Shown here piece after piece: positions 39,483-50,106 of a DNA stretch of 64,000 nucleotides. A program made the translations under genes and the position numbers. Source of the DNA: Candidatus Eiseniibacteriota bacterium (lineage in GTDB: Bacteria > Eisenbacteria > RBG-16-71-46); contig JBGPFC010000021.1 in the NCBI GenBank assembly GCA_041483195.1, forward strand, positions 1 through 64,000, given 5' to 3'. Below the pieces are notes generated by a model, which saw only the letters and a list, made by a program, of their open reading frames with translations, ran no database searches and was not told where the DNA came from. Position 1 is the stretch's first letter; each line of letters starts with the position of its first letter.

Positions 39483-40177
39483 CGAACGGCATTTCATCCG
39501 GAGGCGATGCCGGCGACCCGTTCGCGACGGCCCGCCGCCGCATGGTCGATGAACAGCTCCGCGATCGCGGCATCCGCGACGCGCGGGTGCTGGAGGCGAT
39601 GGCCGCCGTGCCGCGCCACCTGTTCGTGGACCCGGCGTTCCTGCCGCGCGCCTACGGCGACCACGCCCTTCCGAGCGGGGAAGGGCAGACCATCTCGCAA
39701 CCCTTCATCGTCGCGCGCATGCTCGAGCTCGCCGAGCTCGCGCCCGAGCAGCGCGTCCTCGAGATCGGCACCGGCACCGGCTATCAGACCGCGTTGCTCG
39801 CCCGGCTGGCGGGGCGGGTGTTCAGCGTCGAGCGCCTCGCGGCGCTGTTGCGGGCCGCGCGGCAGCGGCTCGACGCGATCGGAGTGAGCAACGTCGCGCT
39901 CCGTCACGGCGACGGCACGCTGGGGTGGCAGGAGTTCGCGCCCTATGCTAGGGTGCTGGTCGCCGCCGCTGCACCCCGCGTTCCCGATGCTCTGCGCGCG
40001 CAGCTGTCGGAGCGGGGTGTTCTCGTCATCCCGGTGGGCGATCCTGAACTCCAGCATCTCGAAGTCTGGCGCAGCATGCCGGGCGACCGGTGGGAGCACG
40101 AACGACGTGGCGAGTGCCGGTTCGTGCCGCTGTTGGGGCGCGACGCGTGGCCGGACGCGCCCGAGACAACCCAATAA
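39479..40177 (+). CDS. pcm: Protein-L-isoaspartate O-methyltransferase
   Basis: VPRHLFV, GQTISQP, VLEIGTGTGYQ, GDGTLGW, FVPL. Confidence 0.95.
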   Translation: MTNGISSGGDAGDPFATARRRMVDEQLRDRGIRDARVLEAMAAVPRHLFVDPAFLPRAYGDHALPSGEGQTISQPFIVARMLELAELAPEQRVLEIGTGTGYQTALLARLAGRVFSVERLAALLRAARQRLDAIGVSNVALRHGDGTLGWQEFAPYARVLVAAAAPRVPDALRAQLSERGVLVIPVGDPELQHLEVWRSMPGDRWEHERRGECRFVPLLGRDAWPDAPETTQ

Positions 40178-40187
40178 GGCATTGCGT

Positions 40188-40264
<77 letters not shown>

Positions 40265-40346
40265 TTCTTCGGGGCGCCGGCGTGGACCCTGGGCTGCGCG
40301 GTTGACAGCACCCGCCCCTGCTGACGCATCCTGATCCCCGCGAGGC

Positions 40347-40628
40347 ATGCCACACGTTCATCTGGTGATCCGCGGGCGCGTTCAGGGAGTGGGCTTTCGC
40401 TATTTCGTCGCGCGCGAGGCCCAGCGTCTAAGGCTGAGCGGGACCGTGTCCAATCGCCGCGACGCGAGCGTCGAGGTCGAGGCCGAGGGCGACCGCGACG
40501 CGCTCACGCTGCTGGTCGCCGCCGTGTGGCGTGGACCGTCGGCGGCACACGTCACGGGCGTGGCGGAGAGCTGGAGCGAAGGACCGCCACGCCACGTCGG
40601 GTTCCACATCGCAACCGAGAGGCCATGA
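40347..40628 (+). CDS. acyP: Acylphosphatase
   Basis: [25 protein letters not shown]. Confidence 0.92.
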   Translation: MPHVHLVIRGRVQGVGFRYFVAREAQRLRLSGTVSNRRDASVEVEAEGDRDALTLLVAAVWRGPSAAHVTGVAESWSEGPPRHVGFHIATERP

Positions 40629-41689
40629 GCACACCGCACCTCACGCCGTTCCGCGACCGCCTCGAGGCCGCGCTCGCCGACGCGCTGCGCCGCGGCGGCC
40701 TGAGCGCGCGCGAATACGAGGCGCTGCTGCTCGATCCCGACTTCGACGACGCCGAGTTCGAGCGGTTCCGCGCGGCGGCGGCGAGCGCCCGCGTCGCGCT
40801 GCCCGAGGACGAGGTCGAGCCCGCCGCGCTCGAGGTTCGTACCCCGGGCGCGGCGCGTGATCTCATGGATCTCTACCTCGACGAGATCGGGCGCGTGAAG
40901 CTCATGACGCACGACGAGCTGATCGCGGCCGCCGGCCGCTCGCGCGCCGGCGACGCGGACGCCCGCAAGCGCATCATCCTCGCGAACCTGAGGCTGGTTG
41001 TGCACATCGCGCGCGCCTACCGCAACCGCGGGCTGCCGATGCTCGACCTCGTGGAGGAGGGGAACCTCGGCCTGATCCACGCGGTGGACCGCTTCGAGCC
41101 GGAGCGCGGCCTGCGATTCAGCACCTACGCCGCCATCTGGATTCGCCAGGCGATTCTGCGCGGCGTCGCGGAGCAGGCGCGCAGCGTGCGCATTCCCGTC
41201 CAAATGTTCCAGCAGGTGAATCGCTTCATGCGCGCGGAGCGAGCGCTGCGTGCGCGTCTGGCTCGCGAACCGGTGGCCGATGAGCTGGCGCGAGAGCTCG
41301 GCATCTCGCTGCCGCGCGCGGAGCGGCTCGCGGGCCTGGTCGCCGGCCTGCGCTCGCTCGACGAGGGCTCCAGCATGGCGGCATTCGAGCAGCTCACCGG
41401 CGAGGATCTCGACGAAGCGCCGCTCACGGTGGAGCGGCTGATCGAGCTGCAGCTCGAACACGAAAAGCTGGACCGGCTGCTGCGATCGCTCGCGCAGCGC
41501 GAAGAGCAGGTGCTGCGCATCCGCTACGGATTTCACGACGGGGTGGCGCGCACGCTGGCTCAGACCGGCGAACACTTCGGAATCTCGCGCGAGCGCGTGC
41601 GTCAGATCGAATCGCGCGCGCTCGAGAAGCTGCGGCGGGCGATCGACATGCAGGACCTGGACCGCGTCTCCGGCTCGACGGTCCAGTGA
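40625..41689 (+). CDS. Group 2 sigma70-family factor (RpoS-like by synteny)
   Basis: YLDEIG (region 1.2), [26 protein letters not shown], region 4 SRERVRQIE; no full region 1.1. Confidence 0.88.
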   Translation: MSTPHLTPFRDRLEAALADALRRGGLSAREYEALLLDPDFDDAEFERFRAAAASARVALPEDEVEPAALEVRTPGAARDLMDLYLDEIGRVKLMTHDELIAAAGRSRAGDADARKRIILANLRLVVHIARAYRNRGLPMLDLVEEGNLGLIHAVDRFEPERGLRFSTYAAIWIRQAILRGVAEQARSVRIPVQMFQQVNRFMRAERALRARLAREPVADELARELGISLPRAERLAGLVAGLRSLDEGSSMAAFEQLTGEDLDEAPLTVERLIELQLEHEKLDRLLRSLAQREEQVLRIRYGFHDGVARTLAQTGEHFGISRERVRQIESRALEKLRRAIDMQDLDRVSGSTVQ

Positions 41690-41753
41690 CGGGCGTGCCG
41701 GGCCGCATCGTCGCCGCCTCTGGCGCGCGACCACGAATGCGAAAGGCGAACCG

Positions 41754-42284
41754 ATGAACGACCTGCGACGCTGGATCCGCGACATTCCCGATTTTCCAAA
41801 GAAGGGCGTCGTCTTCAAGGACATCACGCCGCTGCTGCTCGACCCCGCGGCGTTCGCCTCCTGCATCGGACAACTCGCCACGCGCGCTCAACGTCCCGAG
41901 GCGGTCGTCGCGATCGAGTCCCGGGGCTTCGTATTCGGCACCGCGCTCGCGCTCCACTGGAAGGTCCCGCTGGTTCCGGCGCGCAAGTTCGGGAAGCTGC
42001 CGGGACCCACGGTGCGCGAGCTGTATTCGCTCGAGTATGGGGAAGACACGCTCGAGATCCATCGCGACGCGCTGCGCCGTGGGCAGCGGGTCCTGATCGT
42101 GGACGACCTGCTCGCCACCGGCGGCACGGCGGCCGCGACCGCTCGTCTGGTCGAGCAGCTCGGAGGCGTGGTCGCGTCGCTGTTGTTCCTGATCGAATTG
42201 AAGGGGCTCGGCGGCAGGGAGAAGCTCGCCGCGTATCGGGTCGAGGCGCTGCTCGCACTCGACCTGGCGGGTGATCCGGCGTGA
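41754..42284 (+). CDS. apt: Adenine phosphoribosyltransferase
   Basis: IPDFPKKGV.FKDITP, ESRGF, RK.GKLP, YSLEYG, VDDLLATGGT. Confidence 0.96.
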   Translation: MNDLRRWIRDIPDFPKKGVVFKDITPLLLDPAAFASCIGQLATRAQRPEAVVAIESRGFVFGTALALHWKVPLVPARKFGKLPGPTVRELYSLEYGEDTLEIHRDALRRGQRVLIVDDLLATGGTAAATARLVEQLGGVVASLLFLIELKGLGGREKLAAYRVEALLALDLAGDPA

Positions 42285-42799
42285 GCGAGCGGGCGGCGGC
42301 CGGCTCGGGTTCCGGGGCGCGGGAGAAGCCGACCGGGAACGAACTGGAACGGATCGTGGACCAGATGGACCGCGCGTTCCGCGGCCCCGCGTGGCACGGT
42401 CCCTCATTGCGCGAGGCGCTGGCGGGAGTCGACGCGCGGGCCGCGGCCGCCCGGCCGATCCCCGGCGCGCACACCATCTGGGAGCTGGTGCTCCACGTCG
42501 CGGCATGGGAGGGCGTCGTGCGGCGCAGGCTCGAAGGCGACCGCGCCGGCCTGCCGGACGCCGAGAATTTTCCGGACGTGAGCGACCCCGGCGAGACCGC
42601 CTGGCAGGCCGCGCTCGCGCGGCTCGAGTCGGGCCATCGCGCGCTGATGGACGGGGTTTCGCGCATCGAGGTTTCCGATCTCGATCGGCCGCTCGATGCA
42701 CACGGCACGAGCGCCTACGGGCTGCTCCACGGTGCGGCGCAGCATGACATCTACCACGCAGCGCAGATCGTGCTGCTGCGCAGGGCAGCGGGCCCATGA
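42281..42799 (+). CDS. DinB/DUF664 family protein
   Basis: AWHGPSL, HTIWELVLH, QHDIYH..QI. Confidence 0.85.
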   Translation: MSERAAAGSGSGAREKPTGNELERIVDQMDRAFRGPAWHGPSLREALAGVDARAAAARPIPGAHTIWELVLHVAAWEGVVRRRLEGDRAGLPDAENFPDVSDPGETAWQAALARLESGHRALMDGVSRIEVSDLDRPLDAHGTSAYGLLHGAAQHDIYHAAQIVLLRRAAGP

Positions 42800-43707
42800 C
42801 GCGGGCGCTCCTGCTGTGGGCCTCGCGCAATCGCTGGATGCGGGAGCGCTTCACGCGCGCGGGATTCGTGCGCCGCGCGGTGTCCCGCTTCATGCCGGGC
42901 GAGACCGCGGGGGCCGCACTCGATGCGGCCGGCACGTTCGACACCCGCGGCATCGGCACGGTGCTCACGCTGCTGGGTGAGGATCTGGCGAACCCGGCGG
43001 AGACCGCCGCCGTCGTCACGCACTACTCCGGCCTGCTCGACACCATCGCGACCCGCGGTCTCCACACCGAGATCTCGGTCAAGCTCACGCAGCTGGGGCT
43101 CGCGCTCGATCCAGGGATCGCGCTCGCGAATCTCGAATCGATCGCGCGGGCGGCCGACGCGCGCCGGGCGCTGGTGTGGGTCGACATGGAGGGCAGCGCG
43201 TGGACGCAAGCGACGCTCGACCTGTTCCGGCGGGCGCGCGCCGGGCATTCCAACCTCGGACTCTGCCTGCAGGCCTACCTCTACCGAACCTCGGACGACC
43301 TCGATGCGCTGCTCACCCAGGGCGCGGCGATCCGGCTGGTGAAGGGCGCGTATGCCGAGCCGCGAACGCTGGCAATCCCGGGCAAGGCAGAGGTGGACGC
43401 GAACTATCTGAAGCTCGCCGAGCGGTTGCTCGACGCTTCCTCGCGCGTGGCGTTCGCGACCCACGACGGACGGCTCATCCGGCAGATCCTGGACGCCGCG
43501 GGGCGGCGTGGACGGCCGAAGGGCGCCGTCGAATTCCAGATGCTGTACGGCATCCGCCGCGCGGAGCAGGACCGCCTCGCCGCCGAAGGCCACCGGGTGC
43601 GAGTGCTCATCTCGTACGGGTCGGCATGGTTCGCGTGGTACATGAGGCGCCTCGCGGAACGGCCTGCGAATCTATGGTTCGTCGCGAAGAGCACGTTCGG
43701 AGGCTAG
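42796..43707 (+). CDS. Monofunctional proline dehydrogenase
   Basis: RF.PGET, SVKLTQLG, VDME, LQAYLYRT, RLVKGAY, ATHD, EFQMLYGIR, YG..W..YMRRLAERPAN. Confidence 0.93.
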   Translation: MTRALLLWASRNRWMRERFTRAGFVRRAVSRFMPGETAGAALDAAGTFDTRGIGTVLTLLGEDLANPAETAAVVTHYSGLLDTIATRGLHTEISVKLTQLGLALDPGIALANLESIARAADARRALVWVDMEGSAWTQATLDLFRRARAGHSNLGLCLQAYLYRTSDDLDALLTQGAAIRLVKGAYAEPRTLAIPGKAEVDANYLKLAERLLDASSRVAFATHDGRLIRQILDAAGRRGRPKGAVEFQMLYGIRRAEQDRLAAEGHRVRVLISYGSAWFAWYMRRLAERPANLWFVAKSTFGG

Positions 43708-43784
43708 GCGGCTCCAGGTCGTGGTCTCGCCGCCCGCCCGCCCCGCAGGCGGGAGCGCGGGATCCGGCACGAGGAGGGTGAAGC

Positions 43785-44009
43785 ATGGAGGCGGTCGGCG
43801 TTCGCAAACTGGTGCGGGGCGCTTTCGCGGGCGGCCTGCTGCTCGGGTCGAGCGGGGGAGCGTGGGCGATTGCGCGGTTGCGAAACGTTCAGCTTCGCGG
43901 CTGGCTCGAGATCGAGCTCGGGCTCGGCGCGCTCTTCGTGATCGCGGTCGTCGCGAGACGGCTCGGTTCGCTGCGCGATCAGCCGTCCGGCCCGCGAGGC
44001 GGGGCCTAG
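43785..44009 (+). CDS. Small hypothetical membrane protein
   Basis: 74-aa ORF with two hydrophobic segments and a GGAGG SD. Confidence 0.45.
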   Translation: MEAVGVRKLVRGAFAGGLLLGSSGGAWAIARLRNVQLRGWLEIELGLGALFVIAVVARRLGSLRDQPSGPRGGA

Positions 44010-44099
44010 CGATCGCCGCCGAAGCGCCTCGCGCGCGGCGCCCGATCCCGCGCATGAGCGATCATGCGATCCCGCGAGGCGGGGCGCCGGCTCGGGCTC

Positions 44100-44513
44100 T
44101 CAGGTCTTGAGCGTCGCCAGCGCGCGCTCGACGTGCTCCGGCCGCATGTAGAGGATGTATCCGTAGTAGCCCTTGCCGTCCACCACCGCGCTCGACGCGT
44201 ACACGTGAACGCCCGCCTGATGCAGCCGCGCGTGCAGATGCGCGATCGCCCCGAGCTCGTCCTCGCCCTGCACCAGCAGCGCGGGGTGCGGACCATCCAG
44301 CGCGAGCCGCGCCGCCTGCGCGGCGTTGCGAAGCGCCATTGGATTGTCAGGGAAGAGCGTGAGCTGCGTGCTCTCGGGTCCCATGGGCACCGTGTGCAGC
44401 GCGAGCAGGTTCACGCGCTGGACCGCCAGCTGCGTGAGCAGCTCGTAGGCCTCGTCGGGCTCGCCCCTCACCGTCACGTAGAAGTATTCCAGCCGTCGCA
44501 CGGACACCGCCAT
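44100..44513 (-). CDS. Tandem ACT-like domain protein
   Basis: VNLLA..GEDELGAIA..L..AGV.V ACT-like repeats; AGGAG SD. Confidence 0.7.
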   Translation of the reverse strand: MAVSVRRLEYFYVTVRGEPDEAYELLTQLAVQRVNLLALHTVPMGPESTQLTLFPDNPMALRNAAQAARLALDGPHPALLVQGEDELGAIAHLHARLHQAGVHVYASSAVVDGKGYYGYILYMRPEHVERALATLKT

Positions 44514-44656
44514 CGCATTCTCCTGTGGTGTGAAGGTTCTGGGTCGGGAGGCCCGCGCACAGAGTAGGACTTCGGGGGCCCCGATGGCCAGCGGCAGGCG
44601 CGGCCCCGGGCGGGTGCGCCCGCATACCGGCCGGCTTCACGCCGGCCCGCGGCGGA

Positions 44657-45745
44657 TCAGGCGTCGCGACACGCGGCCGCGAGCATGCTGTGAAAGTGAT
44701 GCACGCCCTGCTCGCGGGTGGGGGAGTAGCGCCCGCGATCGTAGCGTCGCGACCGGGTGCCGCGCTGCACGCTCTCGACGATCGCTTCGTCCTCGCGCTC
44801 CACGCGGTCGAGCGCACCGCCGGCTCCGCCCGAGAGCTTCGATTCGTCCCACACGTACGCGAGAAACGTGACCCGCGTACGGTCCACGGCGAGCGGCCGG
44901 ACCACGTTGATGGACACACCCCACGGATAGAAGTTGAACATCGTATTGGGCCAGAGCCACCACCACCAGGCGGCGACCCGCCGGCCATGGTCCGGATGCT
45001 CGGGGGGCGGCGTGAACGCATGCTCCCCTTCGGTCGCGATGCCGATCTGGAGGGACGAGCCGGGGAACAGCTCCGTGCGGTATTCCCCGTAGTCGATGGC
45101 CTGCGCCAGCCCGGCATGCACGTAGGGGACGTGAAATCCCTCGAGATAGTTGTCGCAATAGAGCGCCCAGTTCGCGTTGACGAAGTACTCGCCGGAGCGA
45201 CCCGGATCGAACCGCGCGCGTTCGATCGGCAGATGCCCGCAGCGCGCCCCCATGGCGCGCACCAGCTCGTCGAGATTCTGCGCGGGCTCGAGCGAGGCGA
45301 ACAGGAATTGATTCCATGATCCGAACGGTATCCGCGGCAGGTCGTCCGCTGGAGAAGGAAAGCCCTCCGCCTGCTCGAACTCGGGCATCGAGAGGAATCG
45401 CCCGTCGAGCCCGAACCGCCGGCCGTGATAGCGGCAGCGCAGGAACGATTCGACGCTTTCGCCATCGCACACCAGGGTGCCGCGATGGGTGCACACGTTG
45501 GACAGGCAGTGGAGCCGGTCTTCGCGATCGCGCGAGAGCAGCAACGGCTCGTCGAGCATGCCTTCGAGCAGGGTGAACGGGAACACCTGCCCCGGCACCT
45601 TGACCCTCGAGGCATCCGCGACGAATTGCCAGCTGCGCGCGAACACCCGCTCGCGCACCCGCACGAACACCTCCGGGCTCGTGTAGGCCCAGCCCGGGAG
45701 CGTTCCGGCGCGCCGGATGTCGGGGTCGATCTCGATGGGTTTCAC
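44657..45745 (-). CDS. Rieske non-heme iron oxygenase alpha subunit (choline monooxygenase/CntA-like)
   Basis: NVCTHRG and CRYHG Rieske motifs; NW..DNYLEGFHVPYVH and ED..ESVQ mononuclear Fe site; GTG start at 45745 inferred. Confidence 0.9.
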   Translation of the reverse strand: MKPIEIDPDIRRAGTLPGWAYTSPEVFVRVRERVFARSWQFVADASRVKVPGQVFPFTLLEGMLDEPLLLSRDREDRLHCLSNVCTHRGTLVCDGESVESFLRCRYHGRRFGLDGRFLSMPEFEQAEGFPSPADDLPRIPFGSWNQFLFASLEPAQNLDELVRAMGARCGHLPIERARFDPGRSGEYFVNANWALYCDNYLEGFHVPYVHAGLAQAIDYGEYRTELFPGSSLQIGIATEGEHAFTPPPEHPDHGRRVAAWWWWLWPNTMFNFYPWGVSINVVRPLAVDRTRVTFLAYVWDESKLSGGAGGALDRVEREDEAIVESVQRGTRSRRYDRGRYSPTREQGVHHFHSMLAAACRDA

Positions 45746-45865
45746 CCGCGGAGTGTAACAGGATCGCAGGTGCGCGACCGCCGGTTGAAGCTCTGGCGAG
45801 AAGCTCCTAGAGTCGGACCGTTCGGCGCCGCTGCCGTCACACTCGTCCGACCCGAGGAAAACCCC

Positions 45866-46897
45866 ATGCAGCGTTTCGGATTGCTCACCGCTCTGGTGCT
45901 CGCCGCCGGCGTCACCGCCGCCGCGCCCCCCGCGCAGACTCCCGGTTTTCACGTGTCGCGCCGCATCCCGATCGGCGGAGAAGGTGGTTGGGATGCGCTG
46001 ACGATGGATGTCCCTTCCCATCGCCTGTTCGTCACCCACGCCACGCGAGTCGAGGTGGTGGACGTGGCGCGCGACACCGTCATCGGCCAGATCCCGGACA
46101 CGCCCGGCCCTCACGGGGTGGCGCTTGCGCCCGATCTCGGCCGCGGCTTCACCAGCAATGGCCGCGATTCGTCCGTGACCGTGTTCGACCTGAAGTCGCT
46201 CGCGATCCTCGACCGCGTGAAGATCCCAGAGCGCAATCCGGACGCCATCGAGTACGACCCGGTGACCCATCGCGTGTTCACGTTCAACGGCGGCAGCGCG
46301 AACGCGACCGCGATCGACGCGCGCACCGGTCACATCGTGGGTAGCGTCCCGATCGGCGGAAAGCCCGAGTTCGCCGTCGCGGACGGCAAGGGCGTGATGT
46401 ACGTGAACAACGAGGACAGCAGCGAGGTCGTCGCATTCGACACGCGCACCCTCAAGGTGCTGAACCGCTGGCCGCTCGCGCCGGGAGAGGGACCCAGCGG
46501 GATCGCGCTGGACCGCGAGCATCACCGGCTGTTTTCGGCGTGCTCGAACGCGAAGCTGGTGGTGCTCGATACCGGGAACGGGCGCGTCGTGAGCGTGCTC
46601 CCGACCGGCCAGGGCACGGACGGCGCCGCCTTCGACTCGAAGCGGGGCCTCGCGTTCGTCTCGAACGGGGAGGGCACGCTCACCGTCATCCAGGAGGCGG
46701 CGGGTGATCGGTTCACCGTGATCGAGAACGCGCAGACGCAGCGCGGTGCGCGCACGCTCGCGATCGACGAATCCACCGGCATCGCGTATGTGGTCACCGC
46801 CGAGTTCGGCCCGGCGCCCGAGCCCACCGCTGAGCACCCGCATCCGCGCCCCAGGATCGTGCCCGGATCTTTCGTCGTGCTCGAGGTGAGGCACTAG
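45866..46897 (+). CDS. Secreted YncE-family beta-propeller protein
   Basis: Signal peptide, [35 protein letters not shown]. Confidence 0.85.
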   Translation: MQRFGLLTALVLAAGVTAAAPPAQTPGFHVSRRIPIGGEGGWDALTMDVPSHRLFVTHATRVEVVDVARDTVIGQIPDTPGPHGVALAPDLGRGFTSNGRDSSVTVFDLKSLAILDRVKIPERNPDAIEYDPVTHRVFTFNGGSANATAIDARTGHIVGSVPIGGKPEFAVADGKGVMYVNNEDSSEVVAFDTRTLKVLNRWPLAPGEGPSGIALDREHHRLFSACSNAKLVVLDTGNGRVVSVLPTGQGTDGAAFDSKRGLAFVSNGEGTLTVIQEAAGDRFTVIENAQTQRGARTLAIDESTGIAYVVTAEFGPAPEPTAEHPHPRPRIVPGSFVVLEVRH

Positions 46898-46926
46898 ACG
46901 CGGAGCGCACTCACCCGGGAGACCCC

Positions 46927-49296
46927 ATGAGCCACGTCCACATCCCTCTCACCTCCATCACGCCGGGGCGGACTCCGAACGCCGGCACGGAGCGCGACCC
47001 GGTGTGCGGCATGAGCGTGCGGCCCGATTCGCCGCACCGCCTCGAGCACGCGGGCCGGACCTGGCTGTTCTGCTGCGCCGGGTGCCGCGCGAAGTTCGCG
47101 GCCGATCCGGAGAAGTACACGAAGGCGCCCGCGCGGGAGACGCCGCGGCCCGCGGTGCCCGCCACCCCGGCAGGCTCGAACGCCGTTTACACCTGTCCCA
47201 TGCACCCCGAGGTGCGCGCCTCGGGCCCCGCGAGCTGCCCGAAGTGTGGGATGGCGCTCGAGCCGCTCGAGGTGGGGGCGGACGACGATGCGAACCCCGA
47301 GCTGGAGTCCATGACCCGCCGTTTCGTCTCGTGCGCCGTCCTCACCGCACCGCTCATGGTGCTCGCCATGCGCGAGATGATCCCGGGCCGTCCGCTCGAC
47401 GGGTTGCTCCCCGGGCGCGCGCTCGGCGGGCTCGAGCTGCTGCTCGCGACCCCGGTCGTGCTGTGGGGCGGGTGGCCGTTCTTCGTGCGGGCATGGCAAT
47501 CGCTCGTTTACCGGAGCCTCAACATGTTCACGCTGATCGGACTCGGCGTGGGGGTGGCGTACCTCTACAGCGTCGTCGCCAGCGCGCTCCCGGGCATGTT
47601 CCCCGTCTCGTTCCGCGCGTCCTCCGGCGTCGTCGCGACCTACTTCGAGGCCGCCGCCGCGATCGTGACCCTGGTGCTGCTCGGCCAGGTGCTCGAGCTT
47701 CGCGCGCGCGCGCGAACCGGCTCCGCGATTCGCTCGCTGCTCGCGCTCGCGCCGCAACGCGCGCGACGCGTGAGCGAGAACGGCGAGGAGCAGGACGTGC
47801 TGCTCGAAGGCGTGCGACCGGGCGACCGGCTGCGCGTGCGGCCCGGCGAGCGGGTGCCGGTGGACGGAGTCGTGGTCGAGGGCAGCGGCACGCTGGACGA
47901 ATCCATGGTGAGCGGCGAGCCGATCCCGGTCGCGAAGCGCGCCGGAGACCGCGTGATCGGCGCGACGCTCAACGGCGCCGGATCCTTCCTCATGCGGGCC
48001 GAGCGGGTCGGCGCCGACACGCTGCTCGCACAGATCGTCCGGATGGTGAACGAGGCGCAGCGCAGCCGCGCCCCGATCCAGAGGCTCGCCGACCGGGTGG
48101 CGGGCTACTTCGTTCCGATCGTGGTTGCGATCGCCGCGATGACGTTCGCGATCTGGGCGCTGGCCGGGCCGGAGCCGCGCTTCGCTCACGCGCTCGTCAA
48201 CGCGGTGGCGGTGCTCATCATCGCGTGCCCGTGCGCGCTCGGGCTCGCGACCCCCATGTCCATCATGGTGGCGACCGGCAAGGGGGCGGGCGTCGGCGTC
48301 CTGTTCCGGAACGCCGAGGCGATCGAGTCCATGCGTAAGGTGGATACGCTGATCGTGGACAAGACCGGCACGCTCACCGAGGGCAGGCCCCGGCTCGTCA
48401 CGATCGAATCCATGCGGGGCTTCGAAGAGCGTACCTGGCTCCGCCTCGCGGCGGGCCTCGAGCGCGGGAGCGAGCACCCGCTCGCGGCGGCGGTGCTCGC
48501 CGGGGCGCGCGAGCGCGGGGTCGAGGCCGCGGCGGCCGAGGATTTCGAATCCATCACCGGAAAGGGCGTGAGCGGACGCGTCGATGGCCAGCGGGTCGTG
48601 CTGGGCACCGCGAAGCTGCTCGATGAGCTGGGGATCGCGGCGGGGGAGGCGCTCGAGCGCGCCGAGGCTCTGCGCGCCGACGGGCAGACCGTCGTGTTCG
48701 TCGCCGTGAATGGGACGCTCGGGGGCTTGCTGGGTGTCGCCGACCCCATCAAGGAGTCGACCCCGGGTGCGATCCGGCAGCTCCACGCCGAGGGCGTCCG
48801 GGTCGTGCTCGTCAGCGGCGACAACCGCACGACGGCCGAGGCGGTGGGGAAGCGCCTCGGAATCGACGAGGTCGTCGCGGAGGCGCTCCCCGCGCACAAG
48901 GTCGAGATCGTGAAGCGACTCCAGGGCGAGGGACGCTTCGTCGCGATGGCGGGGGATGGGATCAACGACGCGCCGGCGCTGGCGCAGGCGCAGATCGGGA
49001 TCGCGATGGGAACCGGTACCGACATCGCCATGGAGAGCGCGGGGGTCACGCTGGTGCGGGGCGATCTGCGCGGCATCGTACGCGCCCGGCGGCTGAGCCG
49101 CGCGACGATGGCGAACATCCGGCAGAACCTGTTCTTCGCGTTCGTCTACAACGGGATCGGCGTGCCGATCGCGGCCGGGATCCTGTATCCGCTCTTCGGG
49201 CTGCTGCTCAGCCCGGTGATCGCGGCCGCCGCGATGAGCTTCAGCTCGGTCTCGGTGGTGGGCAACGCGCTGCGCCTGCGGCGGGCCAGCATCTGA
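46927..49296 (+). CDS. copA: Cu(I)/Ag(I) P1B-type ATPase with YHS and heavy-metal-binding domains
   Basis: [47 protein letters not shown] and MxxS TM motifs. Confidence 0.93.
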   Translation: MSHVHIPLTSITPGRTPNAGTERDPVCGMSVRPDSPHRLEHAGRTWLFCCAGCRAKFAADPEKYTKAPARETPRPAVPATPAGSNAVYTCPMHPEVRASGPASCPKCGMALEPLEVGADDDANPELESMTRRFVSCAVLTAPLMVLAMREMIPGRPLDGLLPGRALGGLELLLATPVVLWGGWPFFVRAWQSLVYRSLNMFTLIGLGVGVAYLYSVVASALPGMFPVSFRASSGVVATYFEAAAAIVTLVLLGQVLELRARARTGSAIRSLLALAPQRARRVSENGEEQDVLLEGVRPGDRLRVRPGERVPVDGVVVEGSGTLDESMVSGEPIPVAKRAGDRVIGATLNGAGSFLMRAERVGADTLLAQIVRMVNEAQRSRAPIQRLADRVAGYFVPIVVAIAAMTFAIWALAGPEPRFAHALVNAVAVLIIACPCALGLATPMSIMVATGKGAGVGVLFRNAEAIESMRKVDTLIVDKTGTLTEGRPRLVTIESMRGFEERTWLRLAAGLERGSEHPLAAAVLAGARERGVEAAAAEDFESITGKGVSGRVDGQRVVLGTAKLLDELGIAAGEALERAEALRADGQTVVFVAVNGTLGGLLGVADPIKESTPGAIRQLHAEGVRVVLVSGDNRTTAEAVGKRLGIDEVVAEALPAHKVEIVKRLQGEGRFVAMAGDGINDAPALAQAQIGIAMGTGTDIAMESAGVTLVRGDLRGIVRARRLSRATMANIRQNLFFAFVYNGIGVPIAAGILYPLFGLLLSPVIAAAAMSFSSVSVVGNALRLRRASI

Positions 49297-50039
49297 TGGG
49301 CCGGCCGGATGCCGGGGCCTCGCGCGCGAAGACGCCGAGTCCGGTCGTGTTTCTGCTCGACGTGGACAACACGCTCATCGACAACGACCGCGTCGCCGCC
49401 GACCTCAAGCGCTATCTGGTGGGCGAGGTCGGGCCCGAGCGGGAGGAGCACTACTGGGCGGTGTTCGAGGCGCGCCGCGCCGAGCTGGGCTACGCCGACT
49501 ATCTCGGAGCGTTGCAGCGCTACCGCACCGATCACCCGCACGATCCGCACATCCTCGCGGTGTCCTCCTTCCTCATCAACTATCCGTTCGCGAACCGGCT
49601 CTATCCGGGCTCGCTCGATGCGATCGAGCACCTCGCGCAATGGGGCCCCACCGTGATCCTGTCGGACGGCGACGCGGTGTTCCAGCCGCGCAAGGTGGAA
49701 CGCTCCGGCCTGTTCGACACGGTCGAGAAACGCGTGCTGATCTACGTGCACAAGGAACAGGAGCTCCACGACGTGGAGCGGCGCTATCCCGCCGACCACT
49801 ACGTGCTGGTGGACGACAAGCCCCGCATCCTGACGCGCTTCAAGCAGGCGTGGGGCGCGCGCCTCACGACGGTGTGGCCGCGACAGGGCCATTACGCGCT
49901 CGCGCCGGAGGCCGCGGGCTACCCGCCGGCCGATCTCGCCATCGACCGAATTGGCGATCTGGTCCGCTACGATCGGGCGGCCCTGATCGGTGCGGCGCGC
50001 GGAACGCCCGGGGCATCCAAGCGGCCCCCGCGGTCCTGA
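49296..50039 (+). CDS. HAD-superfamily hydrolase
   Basis: FLLDVDNTL (DxD), LSDGD, K, VDDK motifs. Confidence 0.85.
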   Translation: MGRPDAGASRAKTPSPVVFLLDVDNTLIDNDRVAADLKRYLVGEVGPEREEHYWAVFEARRAELGYADYLGALQRYRTDHPHDPHILAVSSFLINYPFANRLYPGSLDAIEHLAQWGPTVILSDGDAVFQPRKVERSGLFDTVEKRVLIYVHKEQELHDVERRYPADHYVLVDDKPRILTRFKQAWGARLTTVWPRQGHYALAPEAAGYPPADLAIDRIGDLVRYDRAALIGAARGTPGASKRPPRS

Positions 50040-50106
50040 GCGCGCCCGCGCGGGCGGCGATCCCGCGCGGTTGCGGGTGGCGCGCGTCATCTCTATCGTG
50101 CGCGCC

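Noticed and set aside
40302..40332. TTGACA promoter upstream of the acylphosphatase gene
   Set aside because: The best -10 candidate (CATCCT) is 19 nt away; too weak to call
40347..40628. Acylphosphatase as the missing acyl-phosphate step of the BMC pathway
   Set aside because: It lies about 36 kb away in a conserved housekeeping context and has no encapsulation peptide
44657..46894. 745-aa ORF suggesting a Rieske oxygenase with a long N-terminal fusion
   Set aside because: The extension is the antisense of the YncE gene; Rieske-like sequence begins near 45745
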